Positions 9,544 to 18,768 of a stretch of DNA of 43,608 nucleotides are shown here, one piece after another. Position 1 is the first letter of the stretch. The number at the start of each line of letters is the position of its first letter. The position numbers were made by a program, and so were the translations under genes. This stretch comes from Gemmatimonadota bacterium (GTDB lineage: Bacteria > Gemmatimonadota > Gemmatimonadetes > Gemmatimonadales > Gemmatimonadaceae), in the NCBI GenBank assembly GCA_040389905.1, contig JAZJZK010000037.1:1-43608 (forward strand), read 5' to 3'. The notes under the pieces were generated by a model, which was given only the letters and a program-made list of their open reading frames with translations, ran no database searches and was not told where the DNA came from.

Positions 9544-9858
9544 TCAATCCACCGACTCCTCTGCCTCCTCACCGTGCTCGACTATGTCGCCCTCGGTGAA
9601 CAGGATTTCCTTGAGGATTTTCCGCCACTTGGGGGTCGCACGCAGGAGGAATTCCAGATCCATGCCGAAGTGCTTCATCTCCTCCTGCATGGCATTTTGC
9701 ATGATTGCCTTGGCCGACCGATTCTTCTCGAGGGAGATGCGCTGCGTGTACCAGCCGATCGCCTCAGCCTCCTCGGTAAGGGAGGTGATCATTCGCGCAA
9801 ATGTGCGAGTCCGCTCCGATAGCTCGTTCGGCGGCTCATGGTACTGGTCGAAACCCAT
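9544..9858 (-). CDS. Encapsulin-associated-type ferritin-like protein
   Basis: YHEP..LS..TR, SLTEEAEAIGWYTQR, EEMKH and LFTEGDI match the EncFtn/Flp pattern. Confidence 0.85.
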   Translation of the reverse strand: MGFDQYHEPPNELSERTRTFARMITSLTEEAEAIGWYTQRISLEKNRSAKAIMQNAMQEEMKHFGMDLEFLLRATPKWRKILKEILFTEGDIVEHGEEAEESVD

Positions 9859-9937
9859 GGCGTGTCCCTGGTCTGTGTGTACCAAGGACACGGGCATGTA
9901 TGGGGCCAGCGGCATTTTCAATCAAACCAGACTGAGC

Positions 9938-9963
9938 GTGCAGATCCTTCGACTTCGCTCGGG
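9938..9963. repeat. Half copy of REP-like repeat type A
   Basis: GTGCAGATCCTTCGACTTCGCTCGGG resembles 26730-26755. Confidence 0.55.
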
Positions 9964-9993
9964 AAGCCCCGATGTGCGCTATGCGCCTGAGCG

Positions 9994-10701
9994 CTAGATC
10001 AGCACGCGCATGTAGTGACATCCCGCGTCCTGCGCAGCCGAGACAGCGAAAATGCCGTTGGGCATGACATAGCAGCCGGGGAGAACATTGGCGCGCAGTT
10101 CGGCCAGCGCCGTTTCCGGTGTGAGCGCCGGCTCCTTCTTCCGCAGCATGTACGCAACGCCAGTGAGCGCGTTGTTGCACGCCAAGGCCACTGCGCCGCG
10201 CCGAATCAGCGCATCGAGGCCGCCATCCGCCCCAACCATGGAGTGCTTGTCTCCCTTCGCATAATTGATGAAGGGATTGCGCTTCGTGGGCTCGCCAGTG
10301 GTGGGATCCTTGAGCTTGTTGTTGTCGCTCAGCGCCAATCGCTCCCACATCGCATCGTTGAGCACCATGACCGATGCGGCGTGTCGCAGAATGAGGACTG
10401 GCGTCACGTCCGTCTCCGGAACACCGACCTGGGTATAGCCGGCCATCGCCGCCCCCGCATACGCCAGCGCCGCTCCGGAATAGATCTCCGGCGAGTCATA
10501 GGCGGTGCGGTAGCGACCCAACTTGCTCGTCCAACTCATGTCCCAGTTGCCTTTCGCGCTCGGTGCCGTGGTGCCGGCGCTTGCGGCGGTTGCGCACGAC
10601 GTGATCAAGCTGGTTCCCGCGACGGCGACACCCGCTCCGACGAGACGGTGAAGGAATTCGCGACGGGGCGTACCGTGAGAGAGCTCGGATGAGTCGGACA
10701 T
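9994..10701 (-). CDS. Tat-exported DsrE-like protein
   Basis: Twin-arginine signal PRREFL; LILRH, ALACNNAL and PNGIFAVSAAQDAG. Confidence 0.7.
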   Translation of the reverse strand: MSDSSELSHGTPRREFLHRLVGAGVAVAGTSLITSCATAASAGTTAPSAKGNWDMSWTSKLGRYRTAYDSPEIYSGAALAYAGAAMAGYTQVGVPETDVTPVLILRHAASVMVLNDAMWERLALSDNNKLKDPTTGEPTKRNPFINYAKGDKHSMVGADGGLDALIRRGAVALACNNALTGVAYMLRKKEPALTPETALAELRANVLPGCYVMPNGIFAVSAAQDAGCHYMRVLI

Positions 10702-10770
10702 GCGTGGCAGGCTCGGGAAAGGTTACAGGTTAGACGCTCGAGAGGGTGTCAGCGTTGCAGCGGGTTGTGA

Positions 10771-10823
10771 TGTCAGCCTATTGACACATGTCATTGCACT
10801 GACAGTATGTCACTGCACTGACC
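10771..10823. promoter_or_regulatory. Three tandem TGTCA-N6-TGAC(A/C) palindromes, probable BlaI-type operator overlapping a TTGACA -35
   Basis: Copies at 10771-10786, 10789-10804 and 10808-10823; TTGACA at 10781-10786. Confidence 0.7.
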
Positions 10824-10926
10824 TTCGACGGTGCGCAGCGAAGCCCTTTATCGGTGCACTGCACGCGTTGGATGCACCTCAGATCGCTCGACTGCGCTCG
10901 GGATGGACATTGCTGGAGGCAACGGT

Positions 10927-11160
10927 ATGACCGGGAAGGCGCTCGACCAACTCGGCAGGCGGGAACGGCAGATCATGGAGATTATCTACAGGCACGGCCA
11001 AGCAATGCAGCGGAGGTGCTTGCGGACATACCGGATCCGCCGACCGACACCGCCGTTCGCGGCATGCTGCGCTTGCTCGAAAGCAAGGGCTACCTCCGTC
11101 ACGAGCAAAACGGGCCGCGCTATGTCTAAATGCCCACCGCCAATGCGGAGCGAGTGAGTT
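10927..11160 (+). pseudogene. BlaI/MecI/CopY-family repressor pseudogene
   Basis: GGAGG RBS; LGRRERQIMEIIY, a 1-nt deletion near 11005, then AAEVLADIPDPP..AVRGMLRLLESKG..GPRYV, in-frame TAA at 11127-11129. C-terminal half missing. Confidence 0.85.
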
Positions 11161-11286
11161 ACAGGAGGTCGTGGACAGGGCAAGGATTCCCGCTGGTCCG
11201 CGCGGGACACGCACGCCGACTGACACCGACCGCCGCGAGAGGATCTCATCACGTGCGGACGTGAGCATGAGCCATCAGCGAGAGCA

Positions 11287-11397
11287 TGAGCGTGAGCGTG
11301 AGCCTCGAGCAATGAGCAAACACGAGCCAGAGCTCTAGCTCAGAGCTCCAGCTACGAGCTCAGTTTGCTCAATGCTCAAGGCTCACGCTCACGCTCA
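11287..11397. repeat. Long inverted repeat built from TGAGCG hexamers
   Basis: 35-bp arms at 11287-11321 and 11363-11397 with 2 mismatches; the right arm contains the YncE stop codon. Confidence 0.85.
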
Positions 11398-12435
11398 ATG
11401 ACTGATCGCCACAAACCACGCATTGAGAATCGGGCCCGGAATGCGACGAGCGCCCGCTGGCGAACCGGCTGGCGGCGCCGTTGACGGGCCACGCTCAGGC
11501 TGGAACAGATATGCACGGTGCGTCGACGCATCGACAGCGATCGTCTTGGCGCCCGGGACAGTCTGCACAGTCGCGACGACGGAGTACGTGTCTGGGCCAT
11601 CCTGACGCACCACCGTGACATTGCCCGACGCGCCCGCGGGAATGTAGATCAGCTTCTCCGACGGGTCGAAACCAAGAGCGTCGACCCCGTCGCCGTTGGC
11701 AATCTTCGCGACGACCTTGCCCGTCCCAGCGTCCACTACGACGGACGTCTTGCTGCAGCCGGAGAAGATGCGGTTCGACGGGGCATCATAGGCGATGCCC
11801 GTTGGGCCGTCGCATGGCGCGATGGACCACGACGCCGTGACTTTCATCGTCCTGGCGTCGAGCACCTGGATCGTATTGGTCCCTTCGTTGTTGACGAAGA
11901 TCCGCCCCTTGCCGTCCGTCGCGGCCCCCTCGGGAGCGGTGTCCTCGAGCTCCGCCGTTCCGAGGATGTCGCCCGTGTTCGGATCGATCGCGATGGCGGT
12001 GCCGGGCCTGCTGTGGTTCGTCAGGATGATGCGATCGTCCGCGACGTCGTACATGATCCCATCGAGCCCACCCACCTTGATGCTGACCTTTTTGAGCACC
12101 TCCAGCGTCTTCAGGTCGAACATCGTGATGCTGGAATCGCCGGCGTTCGTCGTGAAGCCATGGTTCCATTTGGGCGCGAGGCCGACGCCGTGCATGCGCG
12201 GTGTGTTCGGAATGTCGCCAAGCACTTTCCCGGTGAGACCGTCGACGACCATGACATGCGTCTGCCGCGACACGAACACGCGACCCGTTCCCTCCTCTGC
12301 CGTGACGTAGTCGGTGCCACCCTCGCCACCGATGCTCCACTTCTCGACCTTGAACGTCTGAGCGCGGGCGCCAGCGGAGACAGCGAATACGGCGATAGCC
12401 AGCGTGCGGGCGACGACCGATGAGTTGCGGAACAT
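11395..12435 (-). CDS. YncE-family secreted beta-propeller protein
   Basis: Signal peptide; repeated propeller blades (GGTDYVT, HGVGL, PEGAATDGKGRIFVN, GPTGIAYD, GAKTIAVD). Confidence 0.85.
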   Translation of the reverse strand: MFRNSSVVARTLAIAVFAVSAGARAQTFKVEKWSIGGEGGTDYVTAEEGTGRVFVSRQTHVMVVDGLTGKVLGDIPNTPRMHGVGLAPKWNHGFTTNAGDSSITMFDLKTLEVLKKVSIKVGGLDGIMYDVADDRIILTNHSRPGTAIAIDPNTGDILGTAELEDTAPEGAATDGKGRIFVNNEGTNTIQVLDARTMKVTASWSIAPCDGPTGIAYDAPSNRIFSGCSKTSVVVDAGTGKVVAKIANGDGVDALGFDPSEKLIYIPAGASGNVTVVRQDGPDTYSVVATVQTVPGAKTIAVDASTHRAYLFQPERGPSTAPPAGSPAGARRIPGPILNAWFVAISH

Positions 12436-12504
12436 GGAAGCCTCGGAAGGGGTCAACCTGAAGCATAGGCCGGCGCACCTGACGAGAGGATGACAGTTAC
12501 CGCA

Positions 12505-13299
12505 TCACCGGCCGAAATGCGTCGGTGTGTTCGACGTGAACACAGAGCGGTTCTTCGCAAGGATGAAAACGCCCATGCACACGAGAAAGATCGCGAAGGC
12601 CTGCTTGAGGGTTCGTTGCGCAACGAACCGGGCGAGATAGGTCCCCGCCAGAATGCCGCCGACGGCGATCGCTCCAAATCCGGCCATGAAGCCCCAGGGC
12701 ACATCCACTCGCCCAGCATACCCGGCGAAACCCGATGCGCAGTTCAGCGCGATGACGAGGAGCGATGTGCCTACCGCGCGCTTCATCGGCGTTCTGGCAA
12801 GGATCACCAGCGCAGGCACGACGAGGAATCCACCACCGATACCGACGACGCCGGTCAGCAGCCCGACGAAGAGCGCCACCAGAAGGAACAATCCATACGA
12901 CGCGCCATCGGACGAATCCTCGGCGATCGACGAACCGGCGGGTCGCCGCGCGTTGCGAAACATCGCAATCGCCGCGGCAAGCATGGCGACGGCGAGCAGT
13001 GACAGTTGCACGGCACCACTCAGAAACACGGCGAGGCGGGCGCCGGCGAACGCACCGCCCATCGCGACGATGCCGAACGCGAATGCGGTCCGCAGGTCGA
13101 CGTTGCCGGCTTTCCATTGGCTGAGCGCGCCGACGAGGCTGGTCACACCGACGACGGGAAGACTCATCGCGATGGCGAGCTTCGGATCGTAGCCGAGGAC
13201 GTACACAAAAACCGGAACCGTCAGAATCGAACCACCGCCGCCCATCACGCCGAGCGAAAGGCCGATGAGCGCGGCGAGAGCGTAACCGAGTATGAGCAT
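12505..13299 (-). CDS. Sulfite exporter TauE/SafE family protein
   Basis: GLSLGVMGGGGSILTVP and GVVGIGGGFLVVPAL..AVGTSL internal repeats; about 8 TM helices. Confidence 0.9.
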   Translation of the reverse strand: MLILGYALAALIGLSLGVMGGGGSILTVPVFVYVLGYDPKLAIAMSLPVVGVTSLVGALSQWKAGNVDLRTAFAFGIVAMGGAFAGARLAVFLSGAVQLSLLAVAMLAAAIAMFRNARRPAGSSIAEDSSDGASYGLFLLVALFVGLLTGVVGIGGGFLVVPALVILARTPMKRAVGTSLLVIALNCASGFAGYAGRVDVPWGFMAGFGAIAVGGILAGTYLARFVAQRTLKQAFAIFLVCMGVFILAKNRSVFTSNTPTHFGR

Positions 13300-13349
13300 C
13301 GTGCGGGAAGCTAGTCCGCCGACACTCTCGCGGCGAGAGTCCGATCACG

Positions 13350-16187
13350 TCAAGACGGTCCCCACGGAAAATGACGGTACAGCATCGTCCACGTGCGTAC
13401 GATTCGCGGCAGGAACGGCTGTGGGCGAAAGCGATCGATCATCGCGTACATGGCGAGGCGGTCGACGAGGAGCTCACAGAGCGCGGCGCGAAAGCCCGTC
13501 TCCCACTCCACGGGGTCGATGCGCGTGCCACACGCGGCGCCGAGTTGCTCGCGAGATCGCTCCACCCACACGGCAACGTCGGCACGCGACGCGTCAGCGG
13601 AAAGCGTCCAGCAGAGCAATTCGGCAAGGTCTCGCTGCGGGAGGCCGAGTGTCGCCAGCTCCCAGTCGAACACGCAGAGACGCGGTTTCCGTTCGTGGCG
13701 GATTGCGACATTGCGCGGATTGAAGTCATTGTGAATGAGCGTCCGAGGCAACGCGGTGAGCGCGTCCGCCCAGCCTGGCATCGCATCGAGCAGACGCGTG
13801 TGCGCCCGCGCGACAAACGCATTGCGCCAGGCGGGTGCGTGTGTGAGCGCGTGGTCGGCCGAAGCGCGCCAGAAGGGCGCCATCGACTGCAAGCGCTCAC
13901 GCGAGCGCACCGGAGCCAACCAGGGCTGCGCGGCGAGGTCGGTCGCTCGGCCGTACCATATCGGGTGAATCTGCGCTGCGCCCTCGATCGCAGTGCGGAG
14001 TGACGCTGAGTCCCACGCGACGCTCTCCGCGCGCGCGTCGAACAACGCGGTCGACGGGATTTCCTCCAGCACGAGCGTCACACGGCCTGTTTCACGATCA
14101 TGTGAGCCCGCAAGCAATTCCGGCGTATGCGCGCGCATGCGATGATCGGTATCGCGGTACAATGCGAGCTCGCGCACGTCACCTCGGGTGAGTCCGTGGG
14201 CATCGGAGCAGCGAGCGAACTCGCGCCCGAGGTCCGCGCTGGCCAGCGCCGCGACGCACTCCGCGACTTCGATGACACGTGCGTCCGGCGGCTTGATCTT
14301 CACAACGGCGCGGGCGGTTACGGCTCCGCGCCGGCTCGAGAGGGCGACTTCCCCGCGAAAGAGTCCGATCGCGGCGCCTTCGCGCCAGGACGTGATCTCG
14401 GAGATGATGCTGTCCTCGCCACCCAATGGCGTGAGGGTGATTCCGGTGATGCGTAGAGATGCATCGTCGTGCCGCCGCTGCAGACTCTGCTCGATTTGCG
14501 GCAAGAGGTCGTCGATGCATGGATGCGTCGTCTCGGTCGCTTTGGGCGAGCGTGGACGTGCAGGCCCTTCGCTACGCTCACTTCGTCTCTTGCGTTCCTC
14601 GAGGGCAGGCAGGCGACGAAACGAACGGGAAGGCGGCAACACGCCGTCCGCGACGTACTGCGCGAAATAGCGATCGAGCAACGCCGTTCCGACCGTGGCG
14701 CAGCCGGCGTCCAGTCGATCCAGACGCGCGCGACTCCGGTCATCTCGCACATGCGCACGGCGACCGTCCTGATATGCTTCGGGGAGGGTGAGCCCTGCCC
14801 CGCCCGAAATCGCGCTCAGGAAGAAGGAGCGCAGCGGATGCAGCGGATGGCCTGGCGTCGCTTCGGCACGCAATCGCGCGGACCATTCGTCATACGGCAC
14901 GAGGTCGATATCGTAGCCACACAGGCGCATCCATAGCACACACTCACGCCAATGGCGCGGCCGCGCCGCAGAGATGTGCGGGACCATGACCGCGTCATCG
15001 TGGCTCAACGCGAGACGAACGATGGCGCGCGCGACGTGATCGACGGGCAAGCAGTCCACACGCCAGTCGAGATCCGGTGCACACTTCATCGCAACGCAAC
15101 CGCGGATGAAACGCGTCAGCAAGTCATCCGTGTTGGAAAGGCCGGTGACGCTGTCACCCGATACCAGCGCCGGCCGCATGATTGACACGGGCAACCCGCG
15201 CCGCCCTGCCTCCATCACCAGCGACTCGGCGACGCACTTGCTTTGCGCATAGCCGAGCCGGAGACCCTCCGCGAAGGGCAGTGCCTCCTGCCCTTCGCAC
15301 ACGATGCGCGGTCCCTCGAGCGAGTAGCAGACGCTGAGACTCGAGACGAAATGCACTGGTTTGGGCGTTCCGCGACAGGCGAACCGCAGCACCTCCTCGG
15401 TTCCCTGTACGTTCGCCGCACGCAACGCATCGTACGAGCTGACCCAATCGACCTGCGCGCCGCAATGGATAACCGCGTCGACACGAGTCGCGAGGTCGGT
15501 GAATCCTGCTTGCGACAGGCCGAACAACGGGAGCGTAAGGTCACCGTCAACAACGTGCATACGACTCGCGGCCGAGTCGTCACCCGGAGCGAGGTCGCGG
15601 GGGCTGCACGTTCCACCTGTGCTCGAGGTGCAGACCCCTCGACGCGCTTCGCTTGCTCGGGGTGACATAACCCGATAGCGCTCGAGGTTTGCGATGATCC
15701 GTTGGTGCGCGGACATTCCCTTGCCGGAGCGTGCAAGGCACAGGATCGTCGCGTCAGTTTCGTCGAGCAGCGTCCGCAGCAGGTAAGCACCAAGAAAGCC
15801 CGTGGCACCAGTCAGCAAGATGCATCGTGCGTCGCGCAGGGGAACTGGCTGCGTTCCCGCGCCGACGTTGGGCCTGATATCGTCGGCCAGAATAGCATCA
15901 GCGCGCATGCGGTCGAACACGGAGCGGTCCTCGACGGCATCACCTTCGAGGTAACGCACCAGTTCCGCTACTGTCCGATGTTCGTGCACTGCACTCAGAG
16001 CCACTTCAATGCCGGTGACGTCCTCGATGGCCGCGGACAGTTCCGCGGCCGTGAGCGAATCGAGGCCGAGCGACGCGAACGATGTGTCGTCACCGATGAC
16101 GTCCGGCGAGACGCGCAACACGTCCGCGACGGCGCTCCGCACCTGGTCGCCGAGGCAGGCGACGCTGCCGATTGCGGTGGTGGTCAC
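13350..16187 (-). CDS. ACP - thioester reductase - APH/choline-kinase-like phosphotransferase fusion
   Basis: LGLDSL (Ppant Ser); LLTGATGFLG and GYAQSK (SDR reductase); HNDFNPRN and FDWEL (kinase). GTG start overlaps the FAAL stop. Confidence 0.88.
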   Translation of the reverse strand: MTTTAIGSVACLGDQVRSAVADVLRVSPDVIGDDTSFASLGLDSLTAAELSAAIEDVTGIEVALSAVHEHRTVAELVRYLEGDAVEDRSVFDRMRADAILADDIRPNVGAGTQPVPLRDARCILLTGATGFLGAYLLRTLLDETDATILCLARSGKGMSAHQRIIANLERYRVMSPRASEARRGVCTSSTGGTCSPRDLAPGDDSAASRMHVVDGDLTLPLFGLSQAGFTDLATRVDAVIHCGAQVDWVSSYDALRAANVQGTEEVLRFACRGTPKPVHFVSSLSVCYSLEGPRIVCEGQEALPFAEGLRLGYAQSKCVAESLVMEAGRRGLPVSIMRPALVSGDSVTGLSNTDDLLTRFIRGCVAMKCAPDLDWRVDCLPVDHVARAIVRLALSHDDAVMVPHISAARPRHWRECVLWMRLCGYDIDLVPYDEWSARLRAEATPGHPLHPLRSFFLSAISGGAGLTLPEAYQDGRRAHVRDDRSRARLDRLDAGCATVGTALLDRYFAQYVADGVLPPSRSFRRLPALEERKRRSERSEGPARPRSPKATETTHPCIDDLLPQIEQSLQRRHDDASLRITGITLTPLGGEDSIISEITSWREGAAIGLFRGEVALSSRRGAVTARAVVKIKPPDARVIEVAECVAALASADLGREFARCSDAHGLTRGDVRELALYRDTDHRMRAHTPELLAGSHDRETGRVTLVLEEIPSTALFDARAESVAWDSASLRTAIEGAAQIHPIWYGRATDLAAQPWLAPVRSRERLQSMAPFWRASADHALTHAPAWRNAFVARAHTRLLDAMPGWADALTALPRTLIHNDFNPRNVAIRHERKPRLCVFDWELATLGLPQRDLAELLCWTLSADASRADVAVWVERSREQLGAACGTRIDPVEWETGFRAALCELLVDRLAMYAMIDRFRPQPFLPRIVRTWTMLYRHFPWGPS
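14558..14626. repeat. REP-like type B copy inside the reductase-kinase linker
   Basis: Homologous to 5768-5837; translated in frame as ..SFRRLPALEERKRRSERSEGPA.. Confidence 0.7.
15579..15666. repeat. 88-bp palindromic REP-like type A copy inside the reductase domain
   Basis: Reverse complement matches 26673-26760 (40/42 and 28/31 identical in the two arms). Confidence 0.85.
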
Positions 16188-17998
16188 GGCGCACCTGCAT
16201 GCGCGAGTTCGCGCCTGGATTGACGTGGCGAAGCAATTACCGACGCCTTCGTCCAGCGCGCGAGCTCATCGAGAGCGCCCGTCTCGAACGCGTCGCGACA
16301 CGCGTGTCGTTGCAGCTTGCCGCTCGTCGTCTTCGGCAACGTGCCTTGCGTGATGAGAACCACCGCCTCGAGCTGAATGCCGTGCTGCTCCATCACCGCG
16401 AGACGAATGGCCGACGCGATTCTCGACAACCCCTCTGATGCGTCATCGCCGAGCACCGCTAACTCTCGTGCGCCGACCTCGGCGAGCATCGCGACGCCCT
16501 CACCCTCGAGGGCATCCACGACGAATGCTGCCGAACATCCAGGACGAATCGGAACTCCTGCCCGCTCCGCGGTGAGCTCGAGGTCCTGCGGGTAGTGCTT
16601 GGCTCCACGAATCACGAGAAGGTCCTTGATCCGTCCCGTGACGACAACTTCACCTTCGTGGAGTACGCCGAGATCGCCGGTCCGAAGAAAGGGACCTTCG
16701 CCCGTCGCGAGGTGCGCGTGGAAGGTGGCGGTGGTTTGCGCCGGTCGCTTCCAATAGCCGAGCGCGACGCTCGGTGACGACGTCCAGATCTCCCCGATAT
16801 TGCCGGGCGCGCAAAGTTCGCACGTTTCCGGATCGACGATTCGGACGTCGGTGTCGCTCCCCGGTGATCCGCACGTCATCAGTTCCACTGAGCGAACCGC
16901 CTCTGTCGAGCGCACCGCGCGCAAGCTGCCCTGTGCGAGCACCTCTGCGTCAGCGGTGAGGCTCGTTGGCTCCCGATCGCGTCGGCTCGTCGACACGAGC
17001 AGCGTGGACTCCGCGAGTCCGTATGCGGGAAAGAACGACGTGCGTTCGAACCCTGCTCGGCGAAAGGTGTGATGAAACGCGTCGAGGGTTGCCGCGCGCA
17101 CCGGTTCCGCGCCGTTGTAAGCGCACCGCCAGCTCAAGAGATCGAGCGCATCGATCTCGTGCGGTGTGGCTTTTCGAACGCAGAGGTCGTAGGCGAAGTT
17201 CGGGCCGCCGCTGTTCGTTCCGCGATATCGCGAGATCGCCCGCAGCCATCGCAGTGGACGCTGGAGGAACGCCTCCGGCGCCATCAAGTACGCGGGATAG
17301 CCGGCGTACATCGGTTGAAGCACGCCCTCGATGAGCCCCATGTCGTGAATGACCGGCAACCACGAGACCTCGACACTGCTGGCGTCATTGCGCGCGAGAT
17401 GATGCAGGTACGCGAGGTTGTGGAGCAGGTTGCCGTGGCTCACCATCACCCCTTTCGGCGTTGCCGTGGAGCCCGACGTGTACTGGAGAAATGCGAGCGT
17501 GTCGCGACCCACGGCCGGTCGGCGCCAGGCAGCGGCTTCGTGGTCGCCAATCGTGTCCGTCGCGAGCCATGGCACGCCGCGAAAGGCTTTCGCGACGGCA
17601 GCCAGTTGCGGTGCCATGCGCGCGAGTGCATCCGTCGTCAACACGATCGAGGCATCCGAGTCCGTCGATACGGCGACGAGGCGTGGTACGGTACGCGCGA
17701 GCTGCGCGGGATGCGGCGGATAGGCCGGCACTGCAATTACGCCGGCGAAGAGGCAACCGAAGAACGCGCTGATGAACTCCAGTCCCGGCGTATAGAGAAG
17801 CAATGCGCGATCGCCCGGCTGCACGCCGCTCTCCCGCAGCGAGGCCGCGATGGCACGCGCGCGCGTCGCAACCGCATCGAAGGAGTGGACTGCGCCCTCG
17901 ACTTCGCCGTCGTCGAGGAAGGTGTACGCACGCGCCGAGCCCCGATCACCAGCGCGATACTCGATCAATTCAATCAGGGATTCGAATGCCCGCGTCAT
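16184..17998 (-). CDS. Fatty acyl-AMP ligase (FAAL)
   Basis: AFLQYTSGSTATPKGVMVSHGNL, SWLP..HDMGLI, GGPNFAYDLC, YGLAESTL, FLRTGDLG, PKTTSGK. Confidence 0.93.
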   Translation of the reverse strand: MTRAFESLIELIEYRAGDRGSARAYTFLDDGEVEGAVHSFDAVATRARAIAASLRESGVQPGDRALLLYTPGLEFISAFFGCLFAGVIAVPAYPPHPAQLARTVPRLVAVSTDSDASIVLTTDALARMAPQLAAVAKAFRGVPWLATDTIGDHEAAAWRRPAVGRDTLAFLQYTSGSTATPKGVMVSHGNLLHNLAYLHHLARNDASSVEVSWLPVIHDMGLIEGVLQPMYAGYPAYLMAPEAFLQRPLRWLRAISRYRGTNSGGPNFAYDLCVRKATPHEIDALDLLSWRCAYNGAEPVRAATLDAFHHTFRRAGFERTSFFPAYGLAESTLLVSTSRRDREPTSLTADAEVLAQGSLRAVRSTEAVRSVELMTCGSPGSDTDVRIVDPETCELCAPGNIGEIWTSSPSVALGYWKRPAQTTATFHAHLATGEGPFLRTGDLGVLHEGEVVVTGRIKDLLVIRGAKHYPQDLELTAERAGVPIRPGCSAAFVVDALEGEGVAMLAEVGARELAVLGDDASEGLSRIASAIRLAVMEQHGIQLEAVVLITQGTLPKTTSGKLQRHACRDAFETGALDELARWTKASVIASPRQSRRELAHAGAP

Positions 17999-18768
17999 AT
18001 GCTGAGCGCCTCCACGCGGTTCCCATCGACGAACTCGACGCTCAGGGGGGACGTGCCAGCGCGCACCGCGTCGTGAACGCGCACATAGAAGTCGTGCACG
18101 CGATCGCGGTTGTACTCGACGTCATAGACGTGCCACAGGCATGTTTCGATCGGGGGGAGCATCCACACATCGATCATCCCAGGCTTCGCGTCGTACCCCA
18201 TCCAGGGGTTCGACGCCGTTGGTATGTCGAAATAGATCGGAACGATGGGAGCGCCGAGTGCCGTGGCGAGGTGAAAGGACCCCTTGTTGAAGTGGCCGAT
18301 CTCTCCCGAGATGACGCGCATTCCCTCCGGACTGAGATACACCGAGTCTCCCGTCCGCCGAAGAATGCGCTCGGCTCGTTGAAAGATCTGCCGGCGTTTC
18401 TCGGGAAATTCCTGCGGAACGGTCCAGAAGATTCGAATCAGGTATCCCACGATGCCAATGGGAATCATCTTCTTGAGGAAACCACTCAGGAAGAAGCGCG
18501 TGCGCGGCAAGCCGAGTGCGATGAGCACGAAGACGTCGAGCGTCGACGTGTGGTTGGAGATATAGACGACCTGACCTGTTACCTGCGGTCCGCTCGCAAT
18601 CACGCGATACTCTATGCCCCAAATGCGCAGCACCGCCTTCCCAAGCCATTTGCCGATGACTTCTGCGTATAGTCGCCGCGCCATGAAGAGCGTCGGAATT
18701 GCGACGAGGAGCATGACGAGCGCGCCGAGCGTCATCACCACAAAGGTGAGTGCAATACGCATCTTCAT
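17995..18768 (-). CDS. PlsC-like lysophospholipid acyltransferase
   Basis: NHTSTLD (HX4D) and SPEG..R..FNKGSF motifs; ATGA overlaps at both ends. Confidence 0.9.
   Translation of the reverse strand: MKMRIALTFVVMTLGALVMLLVAIPTLFMARRLYAEVIGKWLGKAVLRIWGIEYRVIASGPQVTGQVVYISNHTSTLDVFVLIALGLPRTRFFLSGFLKKMIPIGIVGYLIRIFWTVPQEFPEKRRQIFQRAERILRRTGDSVYLSPEGMRVISGEIGHFNKGSFHLATALGAPIVPIYFDIPTASNPWMGYDAKPGMIDVWMLPPIETCLWHVYDVEYNRDRVHDFYVRVHDAVRAGTSPLSVEFVDGNRVEALSI

Noticed and set aside
11395..13299. TauE and YncE as members of the lipid operon
   Set aside because: Same strand and close (about 50- and 70-bp gaps) but not overlapped like the core genes, and no functional link is evident; left unresolved.
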